Part shown: positions 23,772 to 32,765 of the stretch, piece after piece
Position numbering within the stretch: the first letter of the stretch is position 1
Layout: each line of letters opens with the position of its first letter
Source: Spirochaetia bacterium
GTDB lineage: Bacteria; Spirochaetota; Spirochaetia; SZUA-6; Bin103
Direction: 5' to 3'
NCBI GenBank assembly: GCA_965198005.1
Contig: CBDAOI010000004.1
Span: 2,176,001-2,240,000 of the forward strand
Length of the DNA stretch: 64,000 nt
Made by a program: the position numbers and the translations under genes
Notes under the pieces: generated by a model
Database searches by the model: none
The model's input: only the letters and a program-made list of their open reading frames with translations
What the model was told of the DNA's origin: nothing

Positions 23772-24887
23772 TCAGATGCGTCCGGTCCGGTGCAGCAGCT
23801 TCAGGTGGTTGCGCACGTTGTCGTGCTCGAAGTAGGCGTCCTGCAGGTGGCGGCGGCCGGTCGAGCGCAGCGCCTCACGCCCATGCAGCACGCGGTGCGC
23901 GGCGATCAGCAGAATCTGCCCGCCCTCCAGCCGCAAGCAAGCCTGGGCGCCGGAGGCGTTGACGCGGGTCGACAGCTCGTGGTAGGCGGCGTAGAAGTCG
24001 CCCAGCCGCGGCGCGGACAGCGGAACGGCCTGCATCTGTTGGGTGTTGAAGCGCAGCAGCCTGACGTTGCCTGCGCCGTCCAGCTCGACCATGGGATTGA
24101 CCGCGTAGCTCTCGTCCTGTTCACTGAACAGCCGAAACGGCACCGGTACCGCGCACAACGTGTGGAACTTGTCGGGAAGGTCGCTGCGCAACCCGTCGAG
24201 CACGCCGAAGCCGTCCACGATCGAGGACCCGCCGCCCTCGCACTCGTTGGCCAGCATGTGCAGCACCTGCACGCTCGGCGGCCAGTTGTAGCTGGTGAAG
24301 TCGTTGTGCGGGGCGATCGGCAGGTCGGTGTGCGCGATGCTGTATCCCCTGGGGTCGACCACCACGTTGTGGATACGGTCGAACACCACCTCGCGGATCG
24401 GACCCAGGCGCGACGCGAGCTGCTCCGACGAGTCCGGTTCGGTGGGAGCGTTGACCAGCACGCACGCGCCGGTCCGCAGGAACTCCTCGATCAGGTCAGC
24501 CCCGGTCCGGTCGTCGCGCAGAAACTCCTGGTAGTCGAACCGGCGCGGGCGGAACCGGCCGTCCCAATACGTCAGCTCGGAGCGCAACGGCACGCTCGGG
24601 ATGGCGAGCTCCCACGGGCGATAGCGGGTGCGGTGCCCGTCCGGCCAGACGATCGCCAGCGCCTCGTCTTCGCGGCCGGGATGTTCGATGGCGACCCGCA
24701 GCGGCCGGAGTTCCTTCGCCACGCGGAAGATGTGGAACCGCTTCTCCGTGGTCTGCAGCACGCGGCACTCGCCGCAACCGCAGTTGTCGCGCAGCCAGAG
24801 GCAGGGAAGAACGGTCTCCCCGCCACCATACCAGACCGCCGTCAGGGCATCGCCGTGCTCGACGACGCGGCTGATGGAGTGCTCCAT
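23772..24887 (-). CDS. Gamma-butyrobetaine hydroxylase-like Fe(II)/2OG dioxygenase (TauD family)
   Basis: Zn-binding WLRDNCGCGEC...WPDGH, HND (HxD), RVLHGR; GAGG RBS. Confidence 0.88.
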   Translation of the reverse strand: MEHSISRVVEHGDALTAVWYGGGETVLPCLWLRDNCGCGECRVLQTTEKRFHIFRVAKELRPLRVAIEHPGREDEALAIVWPDGHRTRYRPWELAIPSVPLRSELTYWDGRFRPRRFDYQEFLRDDRTGADLIEEFLRTGACVLVNAPTEPDSSEQLASRLGPIREVVFDRIHNVVVDPRGYSIAHTDLPIAPHNDFTSYNWPPSVQVLHMLANECEGGGSSIVDGFGVLDGLRSDLPDKFHTLCAVPVPFRLFSEQDESYAVNPMVELDGAGNVRLLRFNTQQMQAVPLSAPRLGDFYAAYHELSTRVNASGAQACLRLEGGQILLIAAHRVLHGREALRSTGRRHLQDAYFEHDNVRNHLKLLHRTGRI

Positions 24888-24993
24888 ATTCAACCACCTC
24901 GATCCGTCGTGACCGGTCTGCGGCGCGCGCACACCGGAAGCCAGGGCGAAGGCCTGCTCCGCCATCGACGTGAAGCATGCAAACTGTGCAACC

Positions 24994-25033
24994 GATTTAA
25001 TAGGCAGAACCTGAATTGTCAAATGTTTTTTTT
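24994..25033 (-). promoter_or_regulatory. Sigma70-like promoter for the dioxygenase
   Basis: Minus strand: A-tract, then TTGACA-17 nt-TAAATC. Confidence 0.45.
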
Positions 25034-25204
25034 CGCGCCTGTTTCAGGCGCTGGCGGTGCGCCGGAAAAGCGCCGCGGAGTCTGCCGGATGCGGGCCGGT
25101 AGAGCACCGGAGCGAGCGCAGCGCGGAGCGGCGCCGGTGGCCTTGTTTGCCTTGTTGACCAGCGCCGTGATCCCGCATAAACCATGCACCGGAGGGAGCG
25201 GCGG

Positions 25205-25801
25205 ATGCAGAATACCCGGATCCCGAGCACCCCGGTGGTGAGCTTCACCAGCATGGCGAAGGGTACGCGCGCGGACTACGAGCTGCTGGCCCGGTTGGAG
25301 GAGCAGTTCGCCGCGCACGCCGCCGACCGGGTGCTGGAGCAGCTCCGCGGGCTGGCCGGTTCGCTGGCCGGCTATCAGGTCGACCGGCTGGAACACTCGC
25401 TGCAGACCGCCACCCGCGCCTGGCGCGACGGCGCCGGCGAAGAGCTGGTGGTGGCGGCGCTGCTGCACGACCTCGGTGATCGGCTGGCCCCGCACAGTCA
25501 CAGCGAGCTGGCCGCCGCGGTGCTGCGTCCGTTCGTGTCGGAGCGGACGTACTGGATCGTGCGCCACCACGGCCTGTTTCAGCTCTACTACTACGCACAC
25601 CACCTGGGCGGTGACCGCAATGCGCGTGACCGCTACCGAGATCATCCCTGGTATCAGGACGCGGTGGACTTCTGCCATCGCTGGGACCAACCCTCGTTCG
25701 ACCCCGATTATCAGTCTCTGCCGCTGGAGTTCTTCGAACCGATGGTGCGCCGGGTGTTCGCCCGCGAGCCGTTCAGCCTGGCGGAGCAGGAGGAGCCATG
25801 A
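25205..25801 (+). CDS. HD-domain metalloprotein (PhnZ/MIOX-like ligand set)
   Basis: EHSLQTA, LLHDLGD, PHSH, VRHHG, WDQ. Confidence 0.85.
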   Translation: MQNTRIPSTPVVSFTSMAKGTRADYELLARLEEQFAAHAADRVLEQLRGLAGSLAGYQVDRLEHSLQTATRAWRDGAGEELVVAALLHDLGDRLAPHSHSELAAAVLRPFVSERTYWIVRHHGLFQLYYYAHHLGGDRNARDRYRDHPWYQDAVDFCHRWDQPSFDPDYQSLPLEFFEPMVRRVFAREPFSLAEQEEP

Positions 25802-27101
25802 TTCATCAGCCGCAAAGCGTCGACCAGTCCGACCGCATCGTGCCGATCAACCTGCGCCAGAGCGGCCGCACGCCCACCGAGCTGCTCATTTCCACCCGCG
25901 TGCGCAAGTCGCCCTACTGGCACCTGTCGCACGCGGCGGGCTGCTGGCGCGCCACCGTGTACAACCGGGTCTACCACCCGCGCGGCTACGTCCGTCCCGA
26001 GGAGGGCGGCGCCGCCGCCGAGCACGAGACGCTGACCCGTCACGTCACGCTGTGGAACGTCGCGGTCGAACGCCAGATCCGGGTCATGGGACCGGACGCC
26101 GAGCGGTTCGTGGACTACGTCATTACCCGCGACGCGACCCGGATCGAGCCGCTGCACGCCAAGTACGTCATCCTCTGCAACGAACGCGGCGGCATCCTCA
26201 ACGACCCGGTGCTGTTGCGGCTGTCCACGGACGAATTCTGGTTCTCGCTCGCGGACTCCGACATTCTGTTCTGGCTCCAGGGCGTCAACGTCGGGCTGCG
26301 CATGGACGTCCGGATCGACGAGATCGACGTCTGCCCGGTCCAGATCCAGGGGCCCAAGTCACTGGCGCTGATGACGGACCTGGTGGGCGACCAAGTCCGG
26401 GGCATCCCCTACTACGGTCTGTTGGAAGCGGAGATCGCGGGCTGCTCGGTAGTCGTGTCGCAATCCGGCTTCTCCGGCGAGAAGGGCTACGAGATCTACC
26501 TGCGCGACGCCACCCCGCACGCCGAGAAGCTGTGGCACGCGGTGCTGGAGGCGGGCAAGGCGCACCAGCTCGCGGTGATCGCCCCCGGACATCAGCGCCG
26601 CATCCAGGCCGGCATCCTGTCCTGGGGCCAGGACCTGGACCAGGAAACCGTGCCGTTCCAGTGCAACCTGGGGTACCAGGTTCCGCGCAGGAAGCAGGGC
26701 GACTACATCGGCAAGGCAGCGCTCGAGCGCATGCGGGCCGAGATCGCCGCCGGGCGGCCGCCGTTCTCGATGGTGCTGGTGGGGATGACTCTGGGCGGCA
26801 AGCCGATCGACGATTACGCGCCCGACTTCTGGCTGGTATCGGACGCGGCGGGGGTGACCCGCTCGGTTATTTGACGTCGCCGTGGCACGCCCCCGAGCTG
26901 GGCTGCAACATCGCCCTCGGTTACGTGCCGGTGCGGCTGTCCGCCATCGGCACCGAGCTTACGGTGTGGCTGCCCGACGAGTACGCCGGCACGCCGGGGC
27001 AGCCGGACCGGGCGCGGGTGTGCGAAGTGCCGTTTCGGCCGTCGGTCAATCCCAGCGCGCGCGAGCTGGCCCATGCGCGCGGCGACGACGCGACGCTGTA
27101 G
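25798..27101 (+). CDS. GcvT/DmdA-like THF-dependent aminomethyltransferase/demethylase; -1 frameshift at ~26855
   Basis: RVRKSPY, TVYN, LWNVAVERQI, SGFSGEKGYEIY; one extra G in the G run restores GGDPLGYLTSPW...NIALGYV...PFRPS. Confidence 0.85.
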
Positions 27102-27193
27102 CGCCCCCGTGACAGTGTTTGCCAGACCGGTCCGTAACGCAAACGCACGGCAGGCCTTCAGGAGAAGTCGACCAGCTTCCGCCGAGGCTACCG

Positions 27194-27772
27194 CTACGCC
27201 GAGCGCGCCGGCTTGTGGGCCACCGTCAGGTAGATCTCGTCAGTCAGATGGCGCGGGTCTTCGGGAGCCAGACCGGCACTGCGCACGACCGAGGCCAGGT
27301 TCGCGTAGGTGATGCCGGTGGCGCCGTGCTTGGGCTGCCACTGAATGATCAGCGCCCTGCCGCCCGGCTTGAGCAGCCGGTGGACGTCGCGCGCCACCGC
27401 CACCCGGCCGGCCCGGGTCTCGGCGTAGTGCATGATCTGAACGCACAGCACCACGTCGGCCGCGCCGTCCGCCACCGGGGCGCGGCTGCCGTCGCTGAGG
27501 ACCGCCTCGCAGTTGCCGAAGCCGGCGGCGGCGGAGCGCCGGCGCACCAGGTCCACCATGCGCGGCTCCAGGTCCACGGCGTACACCTTCCCGGCGGCGC
27601 CGACCAGTTCCGCCGCGATCAGCGTGAAGTAGCCGGGGCCGCAGCCGTAGTCGACCACCCGGCTGCCCGCGGCCACCCCTGCCCCGGTCAGCATCGCCCG
27701 CACGTCGGCCCCGCCGAACCGGCTCGCTCCGTCCAGCAGGTTGTCGATCCACTGTTGCGCATACCGCTCCAT
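27194..27772 (-). CDS. Class I SAM-dependent methyltransferase
   Basis: VVDYGCGPG, VYAVD, LLKPGG. Confidence 0.88.
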   Translation of the reverse strand: MERYAQQWIDNLLDGASRFGGADVRAMLTGAGVAAGSRVVDYGCGPGYFTLIAAELVGAAGKVYAVDLEPRMVDLVRRRSAAAGFGNCEAVLSDGSRAPVADGAADVVLCVQIMHYAETRAGRVAVARDVHRLLKPGGRALIIQWQPKHGATGITYANLASVVRSAGLAPEDPRHLTDEIYLTVAHKPARSA

Positions 27773-27864
27773 CGTCTGCTCCTTTCAGGCCTGCGTCCCT
27801 TGCCCGGCGTGCACGGCATGCTGTCTGCCCGGCCTGCCGCCTGCGCCCGGTCCGTGGCTCCCGT

Positions 27865-28596
27865 TCAGCTTCCCAGCCGGGCAGCGAGGTCGACGAAATC
27901 CGCCGCCTCCAGGTCCCAGGCACCCTCGGGCGGTGGTGGTGCGCCGGTGCCGCCATGCTCCGCCGGCCGCGGGATGAACGCCGTGCGCAGGCCCACCGCG
28001 GCCGCGGCCCGCAGGTCGTCCGGGTGGGCGGCCACCATCAGCGCCTGTCCGGGTTCGAGACCGAGCAACTCGACCGCGGTGAGGTAACACTCCGGGTCGG
28101 GCTTGTAGTGGCGGGCCAGCTCCGCGCCCAGGATGCAATCCCACGGCAGCCCCGCGTGCTTGGCCAGGTCGGTGATCAGCGCCACGTTGCCGTTCGACAG
28201 CGCCGCGACGATGAACCTGCTCTTGAGTCGATACAGCCCCGGCACGGCGTCGGGCCACGGCGGCAGGAAGTGCCAAAACCGGGTCACTTGGGCTTTCTCG
28301 GCTTCGCTCAGGTCACTGATCCGGAACTCCGCGAGCACCTCCTCCAGCGACTGCCGGTGCAGCCCGTCGAGGTTGGTCCACGGCAGCTTGCCGCTGCGTA
28401 CCTGGTCCATGAACGGCCAGTACCTGCCGCGCCAGGCGTCGGTGAACGCAGCCCAGTCAGCGTCCAGCCCCTTCGCCCGCGCGAACCGTTCGCATTGCGC
28501 GACAATGCCGGAACGCCAATCCACCACCGTGCCGAACACGTCGCACAGGCACGCCTTCAATTCCCCGCGCAGTCCGCTCGGTGCCGCCGTCTTCAT
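27865..28596 (-). CDS. Haloacid dehalogenase type II
   Basis: DVFGTVVDW, LSNGN, YKPDP, MVAAH. Confidence 0.9.
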   Translation of the reverse strand: MKTAAPSGLRGELKACLCDVFGTVVDWRSGIVAQCERFARAKGLDADWAAFTDAWRGRYWPFMDQVRSGKLPWTNLDGLHRQSLEEVLAEFRISDLSEAEKAQVTRFWHFLPPWPDAVPGLYRLKSRFIVAALSNGNVALITDLAKHAGLPWDCILGAELARHYKPDPECYLTAVELLGLEPGQALMVAAHPDDLRAAAAVGLRTAFIPRPAEHGGTGAPPPPEGAWDLEAADFVDLAARLGS

Positions 28597-28722
28597 CCTC
28601 CCACTATACTCGACGCACGGGCGATACGCGCCTACACGGCACGAGTCGCTGGAGGCCCAACGTCTTAGACGATCTGGTAGGCCGGGGTAGTCGCGTAGGT
28701 CGGGGTAGGTCGGGCGGTCCGA

Positions 28723-28752
28723 TTGACAGTCACATTGGTGTGAACCTATACT
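28723..28752 (+). promoter_or_regulatory. Sigma70 promoter with operator-like palindrome, likely leaderless transcript (copy at 30232-30261)
   Basis: TTGACA-18 nt-TATACT; spacer contains TCACA-TTGG-TGTGA; ATG lies 7 nt after the -10. Confidence 0.7.
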
Positions 28753-28759
28753 GAAGTGC

Positions 28760-29050
28760 ATGGAGTGGCTGGCGAGCACAGCGGACGTGGCTCTGATTCT
28801 CGGGGGATTGGTCGGGGCAGGCACGTTCCTATGGACAAGGAAGCGTGCGGGCCGCGGCGACTTGGTGACCGCGGTCAACGACCTCAGGACCGATATGAAC
28901 GGCCGGATGGACAGGCTGGACGGCCGGATGGACAAGCTGGACGGCCGGATGGACAGGCTGGACGGCGATCTCCAGGGTCTGGGCCAGCGGGTGGCGCGCA
29001 TCGAAGGGATGCTGTCCGGCAAGCCAGACGTACAGGTGCCAACCAGCTAA
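28760..29050 (+). CDS. Small TM + coiled-coil protein with 21-bp tandem repeats
   Basis: One TM, (DGRMDRL)x3, RVARIEG. Confidence 0.75.
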   Translation: MEWLASTADVALILGGLVGAGTFLWTRKRAGRGDLVTAVNDLRTDMNGRMDRLDGRMDKLDGRMDRLDGDLQGLGQRVARIEGMLSGKPDVQVPTS

Positions 29051-29112
29051 CCAGTTAATAGTGGGATCATGCGACGGAGGGTTGACGTAAATGAAGAGAG
29101 CACCGCCATCCG

Positions 29113-29535
29113 ATGGGGGAACATAACGACAGGGAACCGCTATGGAGCGTCTCGGCCAAGCGACTGCCATATTACTTCCTCGTCTGCGCTCCACTGGTCT
29201 TAATAGCGAGTATCGACGCAGCGTTAACGGCATCGGGTAAGTTTTGGACTGCCGTTTTTACCGTATCCGAACGAATAGCCGTGCTTTGTGCGGCGGCTCT
29301 TGGTTTGGTGGTAATGATAGAGGGTCTGGTAATGGGAACGACCAAAATCATCTTTGAACGTGCTATTGCACGCGCTACTGAACGCGCAAGCAAACAAGCG
29401 AAAGCAGAAGGCATCCAGCAGGGGATTCAGCAGGGGATTCAGCAAGAGCGGGAAAGGCTGCAGCAAGCAGGTGTGCCAATTCCCCCGGACAATTCGTCAC
29501 CTGAACAGCGCGACAAACCGGGCGCCCCTGGGTAA
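29113..29535 (+). CDS. Two-TM protein with Rpn-like (GIQQ)n tail
   Basis: Two hydrophobic helices, then AKAEGIQQGIQQGIQQERER; AT-richer. Confidence 0.75.
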   Translation: MGEHNDREPLWSVSAKRLPYYFLVCAPLVLIASIDAALTASGKFWTAVFTVSERIAVLCAAALGLVVMIEGLVMGTTKIIFERAIARATERASKQAKAEGIQQGIQQGIQQERERLQQAGVPIPPDNSSPEQRDKPGAPG

Positions 29536-29584
29536 GACGGTATGTAATTCCCAAGAGTTTGACCGGTTAAGCCCGCGCGACGCA

Positions 29585-29711
29585 TGAAGTCGACCACGCG
29601 GCTGCCGGCGGCCACGCCCACTTCGGCCGGCATCTCGCTCACGTCGGCCGCGCCGAACCGGTTCGCGCCGTCCAGCAGGTTGTCGATCCATTGTTGCTCG
29701 TAGCGCACCAT
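29585..29711 (-). pseudogene. 5' fragment of a SAM methyltransferase paralogue
   Basis: MVRYEQQWIDNLLDGANRFG...SRVVDF versus intact MERYAQQWIDNLLDGASRFG. Confidence 0.85.
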
Positions 29712-29794
29712 CGTCCTCGCCTGTCCTTTCTGCTTGATCTGCCCTTGTCTGCCCTACCTGCCTCCGCCGCCCCGACGCACGCCCCCTCCCCCGG

Positions 29795-30195
29795 TCAGGT
29801 TCCCAGTTGCGCGGCGAGATCGACGAAATCGGCCGCCGCCAAGTCCCAGGAACCCGCGGCGGCCGGCGGATCGCGGGCGCCGCCATGCTCCGCCGGCCGC
29901 GGCATGTACGCCGTCCGCAGGCCCACCCCGGCCCGCGGCCCGCAGGTCGTCCGGGTGGGCGGCCACCGTCAGCGCTTGTCCGCGGTGAGGTAACACTCCG
30001 GGTCGGGCTTGTAGTGACGCGCCAGCTCCGCGCCCAGAATGCAGTCCCACGGCAGCCCCGCGTGCCTGGCCACGTCGGTCATCAGCGCGACGTTGCCGTT
30101 CGACAGCGCCGCCACGACGAAGCTGCTCTTGAGTCGATACAGCCCCGGTACGGCGTCGGGCCACGGCGGCAGGAAATGCCAGAAACGGGGCACCT
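29795..30195 (-). pseudogene. 3' fragment of a haloacid dehalogenase paralogue, frameshifted
   Basis: RFWHFLPPWPDAVPGLYRLKS...YKPDPECYLTA matches 27865-28596. Confidence 0.85.
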
Positions 30196-30268
30196 CGGCT
30201 GCGCTAAGGCCGCTGAGGTCGGGCGGTCCGATTGACAGTCACTTTGGTGTGAACCTATACTGAAGCGC

Positions 30269-30536
30269 ATGGAGTGGCTGGCGGGCACGGCGGACGCAGC
30301 TCTGATTCTCGGGATTGGTCGGGGCAGGCACGTTCCTATGGACAAGGAAGCGTGCGGGCCGCGGCGACTTGGTGACCGCGGTCAACGACCTCAGGACCGA
30401 TATGGACGGCCGGATGGACAAGCTGGACGGCCGGATGGACAGGCTGGACGGCGATCTCCAGGGTCTGGGCCAGCGGGTGGCGCGCATCGAAGGGATGCTG
30501 TCCGGCAAGCCAGACGTACAGGTGCCAACCAGCTAA
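30269..30536 (+). pseudogene. Second copy of the TM-coiled-coil gene, frameshifted (G5 to G3 at 30311) with two repeat units
   Basis: Direct comparison with 28760-29050. Confidence 0.75.
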
Positions 30537-30598
30537 CCAGTTAATAGTGGGATCATGCGACGGAGGGTTGACGTAAATGAAGAGAGCACCGCCATCCG

Positions 30599-31033
30599 AT
30601 GGGGGAACATAACGACAGGGAACCGCTATGGAGCGTCTCGGCCAAGCGACTGCCATATTACTTCCTCGTCTGCGCTCCACTGGTCTTAATAGCGAGTATC
30701 GACGCAGCGTTAACGGCATCGGGTAAGTTTTGGACTGCCGTTTTTACCGTATCCGAACGAATAGCCGTGCTTTGTGCGGCGGCTCTTGGTTTGGTGGTAA
30801 TGATAGAGGGTCTGGTAATGGGAACGACCAAAATCATCTTTGAACGTGCTATTGCACGCGCTACTGAACGCGCAAGCAAACAAGCGAAAGCAGAAGGCAT
30901 CCAGCAGGGGATTCAGCAGGGCATCCAGCAGGGCATCCAGCAAGAGCGGGAAAGGCTGCAGCAAGCAGGTGTGCCAATTCCCCCGGACAATTCGTCACCT
31001 GAACAGCGCGACAAACCGGGCGCCCCTGGGTAA
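30599..31033 (+). CDS. Second copy of the two-TM (GIQQ)n protein, four repeats
   Basis: Same protein as 29113-29535 with one extra GIQQ unit. Confidence 0.75.
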   Translation: MGEHNDREPLWSVSAKRLPYYFLVCAPLVLIASIDAALTASGKFWTAVFTVSERIAVLCAAALGLVVMIEGLVMGTTKIIFERAIARATERASKQAKAEGIQQGIQQGIQQGIQQERERLQQAGVPIPPDNSSPEQRDKPGAPG

Positions 31034-31084
31034 GACGGTATGTAATTCCCAAGAGTTTGACCGGTTAAGCCCGCGCGGCGCATG

Positions 31085-31353
31085 AAGCCGACCACGCGGC
31101 TGCCGGCGGCCACGCCCACTTCGGCCAGCATCTCGCTCACGGCGGCCGCGCCGAACCGGTTCGCGCCGTCCAGCAGGTTGTCGATCCATTTTTGCTCGTA
31201 GCGCACCAGCCAGTCAGCGTCCAACCCCGTGGCCCGCGCAAACCGTTCGCATTGCGCGACAATGCCGGAACGCCAATCCACCACCGTGCCGAACACGTTG
31301 CACAGGCACGCCTTCAATTCCCCGCGCAGTCCGCTCGGTGCCGCCGTCTTCAT
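31085..31353 (-). pseudogene. Deletion chimera: HAD N-terminus fused to methyltransferase N-terminus
   Basis: MKTAAPSG...GLDADW|LVRYEQKWIDNLLDG; the HAD nucleophile Asp is changed to Asn. Confidence 0.85.
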
Positions 31354-31674
31354 CCTCCCGCGGTGACCCCCATACCCTCACCCTCGGCGGCAGGCCGGCG
31401 GGGCGGCCGTTCCTACGCCACGGCCGGGGAAACAACCCGGCAGGGGCGACTCATCGGCCGGTCCGGGCTGGCCGGAACACCGGCATCGAGGCAGCCGGGC
31501 GCGGACCGCCGGACTCGGCACGGCGCCAGTAGCGCCATGTTCACCGATGGCGATCCGCCCAGAAAATGTACTTGTGCCGTATAATTCACAATTCGCCTTT
31601 ACAGGCGGTGCAAGCCCGTCGTACGGTGGCGGCTTCGAGCGGTCGATAAAGCAGGTAAAGCAGGCGGCGCCGTG

Positions 31675-32532
31675 ATGAAGATAGTATGTTGGAACGTAGA
31701 CAGACGCGTGGAGCCCTGGCGGTGGCTTGTCAAGATGGCAAAGGAGGGCGACGCCGACGTTGCGCTCCTGCAGGAGGCCGGGCAGCCGCCGGGGGACCTG
31801 ACAGGATCACTCGAACTTGACGATAGGATGTTCTGGCATCCGCTGGGGTTTGATCGTTTGCCAGTGGTCGTGAAGCTCTCCGATGCCGTCACGGTCGAGC
31901 CATACCGGCTGATGCCGCTGCTCCATGGTTTGCCAAAGGACGCGATGGGCGTCAGTGACATAGGCACCATCGCGGCCGCAAAGGTGACGCCGGTTGGCGA
32001 GCCGGACGGAGCGTTCATTGCAGTCTCGATGTACGCCCGCTGGCTGAAGTCGCATCCGAGCGCCCCGGGAGACTGGATCATATCCACCAACTCGTCCCAT
32101 AGGATTATTTCCGACCTGGCAGTGTTCATCGGCCATACCGACCCGGCGACCCATCGCATCCTGGCGGCCGGCGATCTGAATATGTTCTACGGGGCCGTTG
32201 GCGAGAAGCTGTCGGTTCCAGTGTGGGAGCGTACCGTATGGGAGCGGATGCAGGCACTCGGCATGGAGTTCATGGGGCCGCAACAGCCAAATGGCAGACC
32301 GCCGGAGCCGGGAATCATCCCCAAGGACGTGCCGGCCGAGACCAGGAACGTGCCAACGATCTACTACAAAATGGCAAAGGGTGCCGGACCCAAGACAGCA
32401 GCCAACCAGTTGGACTATGCGTTTGCGTCCCGTGGTTTTGATCGTCAGGTGTCGGTACGGGCGATGAACGGAATTGAAGAATGGGGACCGAGCGACCACT
32501 GCCGGTTGATGATTACCGTTTCCGGCGGATGA
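31675..32532 (+). CDS. Endonuclease/exonuclease/phosphatase (EEP) family protein
   Basis: CWNV, LLQE, AGDLN, LDYAF, PSDH; TATAAT at 31580. Confidence 0.85.
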   Translation: MKIVCWNVDRRVEPWRWLVKMAKEGDADVALLQEAGQPPGDLTGSLELDDRMFWHPLGFDRLPVVVKLSDAVTVEPYRLMPLLHGLPKDAMGVSDIGTIAAAKVTPVGEPDGAFIAVSMYARWLKSHPSAPGDWIISTNSSHRIISDLAVFIGHTDPATHRILAAGDLNMFYGAVGEKLSVPVWERTVWERMQALGMEFMGPQQPNGRPPEPGIIPKDVPAETRNVPTIYYKMAKGAGPKTAANQLDYAFASRGFDRQVSVRAMNGIEEWGPSDHCRLMITVSGG

Positions 32533-32765
32533 CGGCTGCCAAGCGAGCCGCGGCAAGCCGGCCCCCCTTGGCGCGGGGCCGTTTCAAACTGACCCACTAC
32601 CGGCGCGGCTAAACGCGGTGACCGTCGGGTTATCGCCGGCCGGGTGGCCGGGGTATACTGGCTGCCGCACCCAATCGCGATCGCGGCGCTCTCGGCCGCG
32701 ACGGTGCGGGAGATTTCCATGTACGACTACGACTTCCCCGTACGTGACGCCGGCGGGTGACCGGT

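Larger units (their letters stand above)
28707..31208 (+). repeat. ~1 kb near-identical direct duplication (28707-29710 and 30216-31208)
   Basis: Both copies carry the promoter, the TM-coiled-coil gene, the MGEHNDREP gene and a methyltransferase 5' fragment. Confidence 0.95.

Noticed and set aside
28677-28715. Degenerate GTAGGTCGGG repeats left of the cassette as an att site or iteron
   Set aside because: Short, irregular and mostly absent from the second copy.
28899-28966. 21-bp repeats as a CRISPR array
   Set aside because: Head-to-tail coding repeats with no spacers; no cas genes in the window.
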